Source of the DNA: a virus
Lineage: Duplodnaviria > Caudoviricetes
Strand: one strand, 5' to 3'
DNA length: 61,927 nt
Virus record (IMG/VR): IMGVR_UViG_3300027851_000029
Location: 1 to 61,927 of that record
The notes beneath the pieces are model-generated. The model was not told the DNA's origin and ran no database searches. It worked only from the letters and a program-made list of their open reading frames with translations. Positions 29,501 through 38,376 of this stretch are shown here, one piece after another (position 1 is the stretch's first letter; every line of letters starts with the position of its first letter). A program made the position numbers and the translations under genes.

Positions 29501-32500
29501 AAGGCCGACCAATCCAAGCCGAAGCCTGAAACCACCGCCAAGGCACCGCCAGCAGAGCCGGTGAAGCCTGAGCCAGCACCGCAGCCGAAGGCGGAGAAGC
29601 CTGCCAGCAAGACGCCGACCCTGGACGAGCACACCGCGGCCATCAAGGCGGTGCGCGCCGGCACGGCCAGCATTGAGTCTTACCAGGCCTCATTCGCGTC
29701 CATGGTTGACGACCCGTCTGCCGTCAAGGTTGAGCTGAACACGCTGAACAAGGAAACACTGCTGCGCTCCGGTGGCGCCTTCTTCTACCAGCGCTACAAG
29801 TCAGAAAACAAGGCCGATGTCATCGATGCCATGTACGACGCCCTGGTCAACGAGTACGCGCTGGGCAAGGAGTACGGCCCGACCGGCTACATGATGGGTG
29901 AGCGCAAGAGCTACGATGCCGCCAAGGCCAAAGCGCTGCGCGATCTGGTTGACGGTCAGACCGCCGAAACGCTGGCCGAGTTCGCATCCGAGGTGAAGAA
30001 GGCCAGCGACGAATACAAGGCAGAGCGCGAGACCAGGGCTAAAGCACTGGAAAACCCGCAAACCCTGGATGACTTCCGGGCCGTCATGCGCGAGCACATC
30101 AGAGGTGGAAAGACCCGCAAGGAAGCCTTCCTGATGTTCACGCCAGAACAGCGGGTCAAGTTCGATGAGATGGAGGCTGAGACCACCAAGGAGGCTCGCG
30201 AAACCCGCAAGCGCGAGCGCAAGACAGAAGTCCGTGCGGCAGGCCAGACCACGGGCGGAGAAGTCATTTCCACCAAGCACACCCGAGACGGCTACGACCT
30301 GTTCGTGGTGCAGTTGTCTGATCGCCTGAGCCGTGAGGACTACACGACCGTGCTGGCCAGCGCCAAGAAGTTGGGCGGTTGGTACAGCGCATTCCGCGTG
30401 AAGGGTGCCGTGCCAGGGTTCCAGTTCAAGGACAAGGCAAACGCCGAAGCGTTCTTGAAGCTGGCTGGCGGCGATACGACCGACGCACAAGCGCAGGCCG
30501 AGCAGCGCCGGGATGCCTTCGAGGACAACCGCAGCGAAACCGCAGTGGAGCGGCTGCGCGCCATGGCCGACAAGCTGACCGAGCAGGCTGCCGAGATTGA
30601 GGGCCGCGACCGCAAGACCAACACCGCGCGCCGCGCCCGCTTTGCATCAAGCGCACTGGCCGAGGCTTCCGGCATGAAGGCCAAGGCGCAGACCATGCGC
30701 AACGTGGCGCAAGCCATCGATGACGGCAAGGCAAAGTTTCTGGACGGAATCCGAACCAAGTCCCATGTGGACATGCTGACCGGCCTGGTGGCGACGGCCA
30801 AGAACAACGAGTTGATCGCCAAGTACGAGACCTACGCCGAACAGGAGAAGCGCAAAGGGGAGCCGCCGACCGCTGAGACGGCCGACTTTGCCGAGTTCCC
30901 GGCATTCACCGCCTACCGCTCAGACCTTGCCAGCCTGGCCCGCCAGATGCAGGACGTTGACGGCACGAAAAAACTGGGCGACCAGTTGATGAAGGTGGCC
31001 GACGACGTGTCAGACGCCTATCTGGCGTTCGCCAAGGATCCCGGAAATCTGTTCAAGCTGTCCACGTTCAGCGTGCGCCGCGGCGACGAGGTGAAGGCCG
31101 CCATTTTCCCGAGCAAGGATCTTGCCGAGCGTGCCATCAAGCGCAGCGGGTTGACCGGCAAGGCCATCGTGCTCGCCGAGAAGCGCGGCGTGAACCGCAT
31201 CATCATGAGTCCGAGCGAGGCCATCAATGCTGGCATCTGGACGGGCGACGGCGACAAGCGTATCACTCTGACCGTTGACGCCGGCAACACGCTGGTGGAT
31301 GCCATCGGCCGCCGCGGCAACAAGGCCAACGGTTTGACCGTGCCGTGGCAATTTCAGACCGCAAGCGATCGCCTGAAGGCCCTGGCCCGCATGGGAATCG
31401 AGACACCAGCCGAGTACCGATCGACCTTGCGCGAGTTCATCGGCATGCAGGAGCGTGCAGTCGCCAACAAGGTGCGAGAGATGGAACTTGCTATGGCCGG
31501 CAAGAAGAATGACGGCCTGGACTTCTTCCCGACGCCGGCCGAGGTGGCGGACCAGATGGTGGAGGCCGCCGACCTGTCGCCTGACATGGCGGTTCTGGAG
31601 CCCAGCGCCGGCATGGGGCACATCGCTGACCGCATCCGCGCGGCAGGCGCCGAGCCTGATGTGATCGAGATTTCTCCGGATCGGCGCGAGCTGCTGGAGG
31701 AAAAAGGCTACCACCTTGCCGAGACCGACGACTTCATGGCAATGCAGCCGCGCGGTTTCTTCACCTACGGCGACCGCTTCCGAGCGCCAGACGGCACCGA
31801 TGGGATCATGCGTGGTGTGAGCCAAAGCCGCGTGCGATTGGAAGATGAGCAGGGGAACCGACTGGGCCTGTACGACCGTGACGAATTGACCGGCATCGGG
31901 CACCGCGGCTCATGGAGCGGATACGACCGCATCATCATGAACCCACCGTTCAGCAAGCGCCAGGATGCCGAACATGTAAGGCACGCTTACACGTTGCTCA
32001 AGCCGGGCGGCCGGATTGTGGCGATCATGGGCGAAGGCGTGTTCTTCGGCCAGGACAAGAAGGCCCAGGATTTCCGAGACTGGCTGGACGAAGTTGGCGG
32101 AACCGCCGAGAAGTTGCCGGCCGGCAGCTTCATGGACCCGAGCTTGCCAGTAAACACTGGCGTGAATGCCCGCATGGTGGTGATCGACAAGCCTGCTGGC
32201 GATTTGAAGATGGCCCCGATCGATGACACGGAATCCGACACCACGGAAACCAAGGATGAAGCCAACTACGGCACCAAAGACCAAGCCCAAGGCACCCCCA
32301 CAGACCGCGCCGTCATGGCCATGGCCGGCGACGGCAAGAGCGCCGACGAAATCCTGCGCTTCATCGCCAACGCTTCGAAGTCCCAATTCAACCGCCAGAT
32401 TGCGAACCTGCTGCGCCGCACCAAGGCCAACCCGGCGGTTTCCATCGGTGGCGAAATGGGCGGTGGCGCTGGCTTCAAGTTCCTCGCCAAGTACAGCCGC

Positions 32501-35500
32501 AAGAATCACGAGGTCACGCTGTCCGAAGGCGCCAGCGGCAAGGCCGAGCAGATCCTTCTGCATGAGATGGTGCACGCCGCAACCCTGCTGGCGCTGGACC
32601 GTGGAGGCGAGCACGCGGCCCGCATGAGTGCGCTGTACGAGTCGGTGAAGGCTCAGGGCCTGGATGACGCCTACGGCATGAAGAACGTGGGCGAGTTCGT
32701 GGCCGAAGCGTTCACCAACCCAGAGTTTCAGAAGGCGCTCAAGGGCTACAAGGCCCCGGGCGGAACGGCATGGGATCGGTTCGTCGCAGCGGTGCGCCGC
32801 ATCCTGGGCCTGTCGGACAAGTCGCAGGACGCGCTGTCGGCTGCGCTGGAGCTGGGTGTCGAGGTGATGCGCGAGAACGTGCCGCTGCGCAAGGCGCGCA
32901 GTTTCAGCGCGGAAGATGCGCCGGAATACTTCGGCATGGCCGACGCTGCCAGCCTCAAGCAGTCCGCCCTGGACCAGATCCACCAGACCCTGAGCCACCC
33001 CGGCAAGGTGTCGGTCTGGGATAAAACGATCGGGACAATGCGAAATTTGTCCGAGCGCTCGCCCGCCTTCAAGCCGGTATTCGACGCCGCCCAGCGCTTC
33101 CTTGATGACGTTTCCCTGCTGGCCAACGAAGCCGCCGACGTGGCGCCGCGCCTGCTGCCGAGCGTGGAGTCCTGGCGCGACCTGACTAAGAAGCCGGTCA
33201 GCGCAGAAGACAACAAGGCAATCAGCAAGCCGATCTTTGAGGGCACGCTGATGTGGGGCCGAGACACGGACGGAAAACCCGTTCTGGTGGACGACATGGC
33301 GAAGAAGTACGCCGACCTGAGCACCGAGAAGCGCGCCAAGATGCTGATGGCCGCCGGCCGGCTGGACGACCGCGTGCTTCGCATGTGGCAGGGCCTTCCA
33401 TCGGATCAGTTTGACGCCCTGGTCAACAGCCGCTTCGAGAGCCAGATGCTGAAAGCTGGTGTGGTCTGGAAGGATGCCGAGCTGAAAGCGCTGTTCAACC
33501 TGAACGACCAGCAGATCAGCCTGTACCGCGAAGCCCGTCAGGCCATCGACCGCTCCATCGACCTGACGGCACGCGCCGACATGCTGCGCGCCGTGGGCAC
33601 CGGGTACGCCAGCATGCGAGACGCCGTGCTGGAGTTGCCGACGCTGGCCGACGCCCGCGACTTGTTGGTGGAAACGCTGCACGCCGACGCGCTGGACAAC
33701 GAAGACCAGGCCGACCGGCTGTCCGGGATGATCAACACCATCGCCGATCGGTTTGAGAAGGCGACCAGTCTGATGAAGGACGGTTACGCCCCGCTGTCTC
33801 GCTTTGGCCGCTACACGCTGGATGTGGTGGACGCCAGCGGAGAGCGCCAGTATTTCGGCATGCACGAAACCATCCGCGACGCGAACCTGGCGAAGATCCA
33901 GATGACCGCCGAATTCCCCGGCGCCACGGTCACGCAGGGCACCATGAGCGCGGAAGCCTACAAGCTGTTCGCCGGCATCACACCCGAGTCGCTGGAGCTG
34001 TTCGGCAACATGCTGGGCCTGGACGCCGAAGGTGGCGACGCCCGCGACAAGGCGTTTCAGGAATACCTCAAGCTGTCGAAGAACAACCACAGCGCATTGA
34101 AGCGCCTGATGCACCGAAAGGGCATCGCCGGTTACAGCGAAGACGTGGGCCGGGTGCTGGCGAGTTTCGTCTACTCCAACGCCCGCCAGGCTGCGGGTGG
34201 GCTGAACGCCGGGACCATCGAGGAAGCCGTCAACGCGATCCCGAAGGATCAGGGCGAACTGAAAGACGTTGCGATGGGCCTGCGCGACTACGTGCGCGAC
34301 CCGCAGGAGGAAGGCCAAGCCATCCGCGGCATGCTGTTCGCGCAGTACCTGGGGGGTTCGCTGGCATCGGCTTTCGTCAACACGACGCAGCCGTTCGCCG
34401 TGACCCTGCCGTGGTTGAGCCAGTTCGGCGGCATGAAGGTGGCCGGCAAGCACCTCGCCAAAGCCTTGAAGGACATGGCCGGCAAGGGCGCCTACGAGGC
34501 CGACCTGAAAACCGCGCTGGCCCGCGCCGAAGAAGACGGGGTTGTGTCGCCACAGGAAATTCACGCCCTGATGGCCCAAGCGCGCGGCGCTGGCGGCCTA
34601 CGATCGGGTGATGGCACCCGGGCCGGCAACGCCCGCGCATCCGCATCGAACGCCTGGGAGCGCACGAAAGTGGCATGGGGCCAGCCGTTCGCCCTGGCAG
34701 AGCAGTTCAACCGCCGGTCCACGTTCATCGCGGCCTACCGGCTGGCGAAGGAAAGAGGCATGCAGCGCCCGGACCAGTTCGCGCGCCGCGCGGTGCTGGA
34801 AACGCAGTTTCTCTACTCCAAGGCCAACAAGCCGAAGTGGGCGCGCGGCGCCATCGGAGGCACGCTATTCACCTTCAAGGTCTACAGCATCTCCTACCTT
34901 GAGCTGATGAACCGCATGTGGACGCAAGGCGGACCAGAAGGAAAGCGCTCCGTTGGCTGGGCGATGGTCATGCTGATGCTGATGGGTGGCGCTGGTGGCC
35001 TGCCGTTCTTGGAGGATCTGGAAGATCTGATCGACGGCATCGCGCAACTGATGGGCTACAACGTGAGTTCCAAGCAGTGGCGCAAGCAGGCCATTGAGGA
35101 TGTCATCGGCAAAGAACTGGGCGAGTTCGTCAATTCCGGCCTGTCTGGCCTGCCAGGCGCACCCATCGACGTGTCGGGCCGCCTGGGCATGGGCGACCTG
35201 ATCCCCGGCACCGGCCTGCTCATGACCAAGCAAAGCCGCGAGCGCGACCTGATGGAGATTGTTGGACCGGCCGGCGACTTGGTGGCGCGCGGATTCACCG
35301 GAGCCCGCAAGGCGCTGTCGGGCGACCTGGGTGGCGCGGCGCTGGAACTGTCCCCTGGTGCCGTTCGCAACGCGGCCAAGGGCATCGACATGATCACGTC
35401 GGGCCAGTACAAGGACGCCAAGGGCTACAAGGTGCTCGACACGACGCTACCAGAGGCCGCAGCCAAGCTGATCGGGTTCCAGCCGCGCAGCGTGGCCAAG

Positions 35501-35797
35501 GTGCAGGAGGCCAACAGCTTCATGATGCGCAGCAAGGCCTTCTACTCGCAGCAGAGCGGCGAAATCAAGGCCCAGTGGGCGCGCGCACTGTACGAGAAAG
35601 ACGATGGCGCGCTGCAGGATGTGCGCGATCGCCTGGCGACATGGAACCGGAACAACCCGGATCAGCCGATCGTGGTGAAGATGCCCGATGTCTGGAAGCG
35701 CGTGCGTGAAATGGGCAAGGACCGCACGGAGCGGATCGCCGACACCGCGCCCAAGGCGTTGCGCCAGGAAATGCGGGAGTTGGCACGCGACAACTGA
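26501..35797 (+). CDS. large polyvalent ejection protein (InPase-like, N6-adenine MTase, zincin, PLxRFG domains)
   Basis: PTEAQKEAGNYAKGH..YGYF..GADKDHVD; FFPTP..EPSAG..NPPF; HEMVH; PLSRFG; about 3098 aa from ATG 26501. Confidence 0.85.
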   Translation: MANNDITPFDGELDEIKPATIKPFDGSLDGETPSRGFKGWAQDIGATALKGAIGVPEALVGLADIPTGGAVGKFLENEGGSVGFRPKQAKEIANDWHSDATKQAQQKFQAAEGIGGKLQAAIENPSIIATSIGESLPAMGAGGVAARGLLAATRLGAMGAQGAAIAGAAGEGAMMAGQQAESIRQETADGYLTPGQSALAAGTGLIGGVVGAASGRLANKLGVGDVDTMVAQGAKALKPVTPLVQQQAIKSIPKQIIQGAITEGFLEELPQSVAEQVLQNIALGKDWHQDVDAAIVLGTLSGGAMGGGAAGFKGYMDRSTTGPAPVTPPKPGLDRMRQEYEARLAQLAQEESGEPQVPQTTPPNGRAILDAQAAQAKAAKDAQTAANRAVMTPDDEIFQSTGATVPRSVQMGLNPAKGAMSAAAAVAVDTGAADQVQQQNAMTQAAEAASQEAKKPAKKYAHRVNGTLDGKPFQTMVMAESPDEAMVAAVKASHGLQPSAAEPVSKTATPTATPTATPGETTLEPQAIEPVQTVAKEPQAQPAVEGVTDVADQTKAVAPMAQASEPETQNPGGEGGSPESGPASSVRPEITTAPADLKPPRGILAKKAEADAARAGAKNEQATQPTAADTSPATAPAAGRTGVSGVDEQGAVPALSNVQNPQSRPAGTETQAAPVEASTPARGDAAAAAGIPAAGQDAGVRADGVSDEAPTVQQLRDMPIDTKEQAKAYADGYAKRLAAEAKYGQGRFIGANEKPWSVANADLAEKNVRANEAAELNYWQKPYEDAIKEFRFQGLPRAKWEAERKKRGMTTEVAAPGAGDVQVDGVKIAEAAHQAATSHKNDLPQPTEAQKEAGNYAKGHITIGGLDITIENPAGSKRRPEWPALKNHYGYFKGSIGADKDHVDLFMTDRAGDASLPVFVVDQTNRDGTFDEHKVIMGAADEAEARATYLQNYEKGWTGLGAITQMSQDEFKAWVRDPDKTKKPVALKRGVLAKMAAQKAKADQSKPKPETTAKAPPAEPVKPEPAPQPKAEKPASKTPTLDEHTAAIKAVRAGTASIESYQASFASMVDDPSAVKVELNTLNKETLLRSGGAFFYQRYKSENKADVIDAMYDALVNEYALGKEYGPTGYMMGERKSYDAAKAKALRDLVDGQTAETLAEFASEVKKASDEYKAERETRAKALENPQTLDDFRAVMREHIRGGKTRKEAFLMFTPEQRVKFDEMEAETTKEARETRKRERKTEVRAAGQTTGGEVISTKHTRDGYDLFVVQLSDRLSREDYTTVLASAKKLGGWYSAFRVKGAVPGFQFKDKANAEAFLKLAGGDTTDAQAQAEQRRDAFEDNRSETAVERLRAMADKLTEQAAEIEGRDRKTNTARRARFASSALAEASGMKAKAQTMRNVAQAIDDGKAKFLDGIRTKSHVDMLTGLVATAKNNELIAKYETYAEQEKRKGEPPTAETADFAEFPAFTAYRSDLASLARQMQDVDGTKKLGDQLMKVADDVSDAYLAFAKDPGNLFKLSTFSVRRGDEVKAAIFPSKDLAERAIKRSGLTGKAIVLAEKRGVNRIIMSPSEAINAGIWTGDGDKRITLTVDAGNTLVDAIGRRGNKANGLTVPWQFQTASDRLKALARMGIETPAEYRSTLREFIGMQERAVANKVREMELAMAGKKNDGLDFFPTPAEVADQMVEAADLSPDMAVLEPSAGMGHIADRIRAAGAEPDVIEISPDRRELLEEKGYHLAETDDFMAMQPRGFFTYGDRFRAPDGTDGIMRGVSQSRVRLEDEQGNRLGLYDRDELTGIGHRGSWSGYDRIIMNPPFSKRQDAEHVRHAYTLLKPGGRIVAIMGEGVFFGQDKKAQDFRDWLDEVGGTAEKLPAGSFMDPSLPVNTGVNARMVVIDKPAGDLKMAPIDDTESDTTETKDEANYGTKDQAQGTPTDRAVMAMAGDGKSADEILRFIANASKSQFNRQIANLLRRTKANPAVSIGGEMGGGAGFKFLAKYSRKNHEVTLSEGASGKAEQILLHEMVHAATLLALDRGGEHAARMSALYESVKAQGLDDAYGMKNVGEFVAEAFTNPEFQKALKGYKAPGGTAWDRFVAAVRRILGLSDKSQDALSAALELGVEVMRENVPLRKARSFSAEDAPEYFGMADAASLKQSALDQIHQTLSHPGKVSVWDKTIGTMRNLSERSPAFKPVFDAAQRFLDDVSLLANEAADVAPRLLPSVESWRDLTKKPVSAEDNKAISKPIFEGTLMWGRDTDGKPVLVDDMAKKYADLSTEKRAKMLMAAGRLDDRVLRMWQGLPSDQFDALVNSRFESQMLKAGVVWKDAELKALFNLNDQQISLYREARQAIDRSIDLTARADMLRAVGTGYASMRDAVLELPTLADARDLLVETLHADALDNEDQADRLSGMINTIADRFEKATSLMKDGYAPLSRFGRYTLDVVDASGERQYFGMHETIRDANLAKIQMTAEFPGATVTQGTMSAEAYKLFAGITPESLELFGNMLGLDAEGGDARDKAFQEYLKLSKNNHSALKRLMHRKGIAGYSEDVGRVLASFVYSNARQAAGGLNAGTIEEAVNAIPKDQGELKDVAMGLRDYVRDPQEEGQAIRGMLFAQYLGGSLASAFVNTTQPFAVTLPWLSQFGGMKVAGKHLAKALKDMAGKGAYEADLKTALARAEEDGVVSPQEIHALMAQARGAGGLRSGDGTRAGNARASASNAWERTKVAWGQPFALAEQFNRRSTFIAAYRLAKERGMQRPDQFARRAVLETQFLYSKANKPKWARGAIGGTLFTFKVYSISYLELMNRMWTQGGPEGKRSVGWAMVMLMLMGGAGGLPFLEDLEDLIDGIAQLMGYNVSSKQWRKQAIEDVIGKELGEFVNSGLSGLPGAPIDVSGRLGMGDLIPGTGLLMTKQSRERDLMEIVGPAGDLVARGFTGARKALSGDLGGAALELSPGAVRNAAKGIDMITSGQYKDAKGYKVLDTTLPEAAAKLIGFQPRSVAKVQEANSFMMRSKAFYSQQSGEIKAQWARALYEKDDGALQDVRDRLATWNRNNPDQPIVVKMPDVWKRVREMGKDRTERIADTAPKALRQEMRELARDN
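28019..28053 (+). repeat. 12-bp tandem repeat x3 (ACCGCAACCCCT, encoding TATP)
   Basis: Read directly from the sequence. Confidence 0.9.
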
Positions 35798-35808
35798 TCG
35801 GGTAGGAT
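35780..35808 (+). promoter_or_regulatory. sigma70-like promoter for the tRNA
   Basis: TTGGCA-N17-TAGGAT. Confidence 0.5.
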
Positions 35809-35839
35809 TGAGCCTCCTAAACGTGAGTGCGTAGTTTTC

Positions 35840-35913
35840 GCGGATAAGCCCAAGGTGGGACGCCAGCCTTCCAAGCTGCGCTGAGTTCGGTTCGACTCCG
35901 ACTATCCGCTCCA
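35840..35913 (+). tRNA. tRNA-Gly (TCC), non-canonical features
   Basis: Acceptor GCGGATA/TATCCGC, discriminator T, encoded CCA, anticodon loop CT-TCC-AA in CAGC/GCTG, T loop TTCGACT. Confidence 0.85.
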
Positions 35914-35993
35914 GTGTCGAGCCAGAAGGTGTGCGGGGAGTCTCGCTGGCATCAAAGACAAAACCCCGAGAGTCGCAGCCTCACAGGCGACTG

Positions 35994-36031
35994 AAACCCC
36001 GCCATCTTCACAGATGCGCGGGTTTTCTTTT
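35994..36031 (+). terminator. intrinsic terminator
   Basis: CCCGC-CATCT/AGATG-GCGGG stem plus TTTTCTTTT. Confidence 0.65.
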
Positions 36032-36037
36032 GCCCGG

Positions 36038-36074
36038 CATAGGGTTGGCGCCCATCGCGTCTACCTGAGACAGT
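36038..36074 (+). promoter_or_regulatory. late promoter 7, leaderless
   Basis: CATAGGGTT-N22-GACAGT, ATG 6 nt later. Confidence 0.75.
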
Positions 36075-36080
36075 GTAGGC

Positions 36081-36503
36081 ATGAAACTCGCTCTGCGCCG
36101 TGGTCCCGCGACCGATGCAACGTGGATGGACAAGCTTGCGTCCAAGATCATCGCTGTCCGCTTGATGACCGAATACACGCACGCAGGCATCGTGATCGGC
36201 GACACGCTTTACCACGCGACCGCCAGGCTCGGCCTGCATTCGACGACCTACACGCCCGAGCGCTGGGAGCTGATCGACCTGGGAATGGGCCGCGACCTTG
36301 ACGCGCTGAGCCTATTTGCCAAGCACGATGGCGCGGGATACGACTGGTTTTCTCTGCTTGCCTTTGCACTGATCCCCGCCCGCGATTCGCGCCGCTTCTA
36401 CTGCTACGAGTGGTGCCACCTCGCCATGACCGGCAAGCACCCAACCGAGCGCGCGACGCCTGAGTCTCTGCTTGAACTCGCATTGAAAGCACGACATGGC
36501 TGA
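36081..36503 (+). CDS. permuted papain-like (NlpC/P60, YiiX-type) enzyme
   Basis: YTHAGIV (His), GAGYD and FYCYEW (Cys) in permuted order. Confidence 0.7.
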   Translation: MKLALRRGPATDATWMDKLASKIIAVRLMTEYTHAGIVIGDTLYHATARLGLHSTTYTPERWELIDLGMGRDLDALSLFAKHDGAGYDWFSLLAFALIPARDSRRFYCYEWCHLAMTGKHPTERATPESLLELALKARHG

Positions 36504-36852
36504 TCCATTCAAGCACAACATCAAGATCATCCAGGGTGCAACGCTTTCGGATGTGACGACGTGGAAAGCCGGCACTCCTGCTGTTGCTGTTGACCTGACC
36601 GGCTGCACGGCCCGGATGCAGGCCAGAGCCAAGATCACCGACACCGCCACGCTGTTGAGCCTGACCACGGAGAACGGCGGCATCGCGCTGGGTGGTGCGG
36701 CTGGCACCGTCGCCATCAACATGGCCGCGGTAGCCACAGCAGCGCTCACATGGAAGTCGGCGGTCTACGACCTTGAGATTGTGTTCGCTGACGCCACGGT
36801 GCGCCGCCTGCTTGCCGGAAGCATTTCCGTGTCTCCCGAGGTCACACGATGA
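36496..36852 (+). CDS. tail fibre anchoring/baseplate-like Ig protein
   Basis: IQGAT..VDLTGCTARMQ..YDLEI..G.I.VSPEVTR. Confidence 0.7.
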   Translation: MADPFKHNIKIIQGATLSDVTTWKAGTPAVAVDLTGCTARMQARAKITDTATLLSLTTENGGIALGGAAGTVAINMAAVATAALTWKSAVYDLEIVFADATVRRLLAGSISVSPEVTR

Positions 36853-38144
36853 CGCAGGAGGTTCTGGTTGTCTCAACGACCGAACTCTTGGTGCAGGAGG
36901 TTGGTGGTGAATCGCTGGTCGAGCAGGCTGTAACGCAGGAAGTCCTGACGGTTGCCGAACAGGGTCCACCCGGACCGCCTGGTGGTGGCGTCACGCTGCT
37001 GGGCCGGCTGGCGAACCTGGCCGCCTTACCGGTGTCTGGCGAACTTGGCGACCTGTACATCATCGAAGCCGAGGCGAACCACGGATACGTGTGGGACGGC
37101 GCGGCATGGACGGACACGGGGCCGATCCAGGGGCCGCAGGGCGATGCAGGACCTACCGGTGCAACCGGCGCCACGGGAGCGACCGGGGCCACGGGCGCCG
37201 CCGGAACCAACGGGACCAATGGAATCGACGGCCAGGATGGCGCATCTGCTTACGCGGTTGCCGTAGCCAATGGGTTCGTTGGCACCGAGGCGGCATGGCT
37301 GTCCTCATTGGTCGGCCCCACGGGTGCAACGGGAGCGACTGGATCGCAGGGAATTCAGGGCATCCAAGGCATTCAGGGGAGCGCTGGAGCGACTGGCGCA
37401 ACTGGGGCCGCAGGCGCTGATGGAACGGATGGGCAAAGCGCCTACGAACTCGCGCTGGTTGACGGATTCGTCGGCACGCTTGCGCAATGGCTTGATTCGC
37501 TTGTCGGCCCAACGGGCGCCACTGGCGCTACAGGAGCCGCCGGCAGCGATGGAGCACCCGGGGCAGACGGATCGCCCGGCGTAGGCGTTCCAATTGGCGG
37601 CTCCACAGGCCAGGTCCTGGCAAAGACCAGCGCCACGGACTACGCGACGGAATGGGTTGATCCTGCTGGTGGCGGCACGGTCACATCGGTCGGGCTCACG
37701 GTCCCTGCCGGGCTGGATGTTGCCGGATCGCCAGTCACTGGCAGCGGAACCCTGGCCATCAGCTACTCGGCAGGCTACTCGATCCCTGCTGATGCAGCGC
37801 AGGCCGACTGGAGCACGGCATTTGGCTGGGGCAATCACGCATCGGCAGGGTATTTGAACGGCGCATCCATTGGGTCTACCGTGCAAGCCTACGCGGCGAA
37901 TCTGACAAGCTGGGCGGCGCTCTCGCCTGCTGCGAAACAGGATGCGCTCGTCAGCGCCACCAACATCAAGACCATCAACGGTACAAGCCTGCTTGGCTCC
38001 GGGGACATCACGGTTTCTGGCGGTGGTGGCGTGACAGTTGCTGCAACCGCGCCGGCATCTCCAGCCGAAGGCGATCAGTGGTACGACACCACGAGCGGCA
38101 TCCAATACACCCGCGTTGCAACCTCTTGGGTGGAGCCTGTCTGA
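36849..38144 (+). CDS. collagen-like tail fibre protein
   Basis: Several Gly-X-Y runs separated by repeated G.SAY..A..GFVGT...WL.SLVG modules; GGSTGQVLAK. Confidence 0.9.
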   Translation: MTQEVLVVSTTELLVQEVGGESLVEQAVTQEVLTVAEQGPPGPPGGGVTLLGRLANLAALPVSGELGDLYIIEAEANHGYVWDGAAWTDTGPIQGPQGDAGPTGATGATGATGATGAAGTNGTNGIDGQDGASAYAVAVANGFVGTEAAWLSSLVGPTGATGATGSQGIQGIQGIQGSAGATGATGAAGADGTDGQSAYELALVDGFVGTLAQWLDSLVGPTGATGATGAAGSDGAPGADGSPGVGVPIGGSTGQVLAKTSATDYATEWVDPAGGGTVTSVGLTVPAGLDVAGSPVTGSGTLAISYSAGYSIPADAAQADWSTAFGWGNHASAGYLNGASIGSTVQAYAANLTSWAALSPAAKQDALVSATNIKTINGTSLLGSGDITVSGGGGVTVAATAPASPAEGDQWYDTTSGIQYTRVATSWVEPV

Positions 38145-38145
38145 T

Positions 38146-38367
38146 ATGCCAGTTTCATTCCCATCCACCCCAGCGACGAACGACGAATACACCTTCGGCA
38201 CAACGACGTGGGTATTCAACGGCGTCGGATGGGAAGTCGCTCCGGCTGCATCGAGCGGCCCCAACTCATTTCAGGCAGCGGTAAAACAAAACTGGTATGA
38301 AACGCTTGTCACGACCGCACCGAATCCAGTTCAAAACATGACCGGCGTGCTGCTGCAATACGTCTAA
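38146..38367 (+). CDS. small fibre-associated protein
   Basis: FPSTP....YT....W.FNG.GW motif. Confidence 0.65.
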   Translation: MPVSFPSTPATNDEYTFGTTTWVFNGVGWEVAPAASSGPNSFQAAVKQNWYETLVTTAPNPVQNMTGVLLQYV

Positions 38368-38376
38368 GGAAAACAC

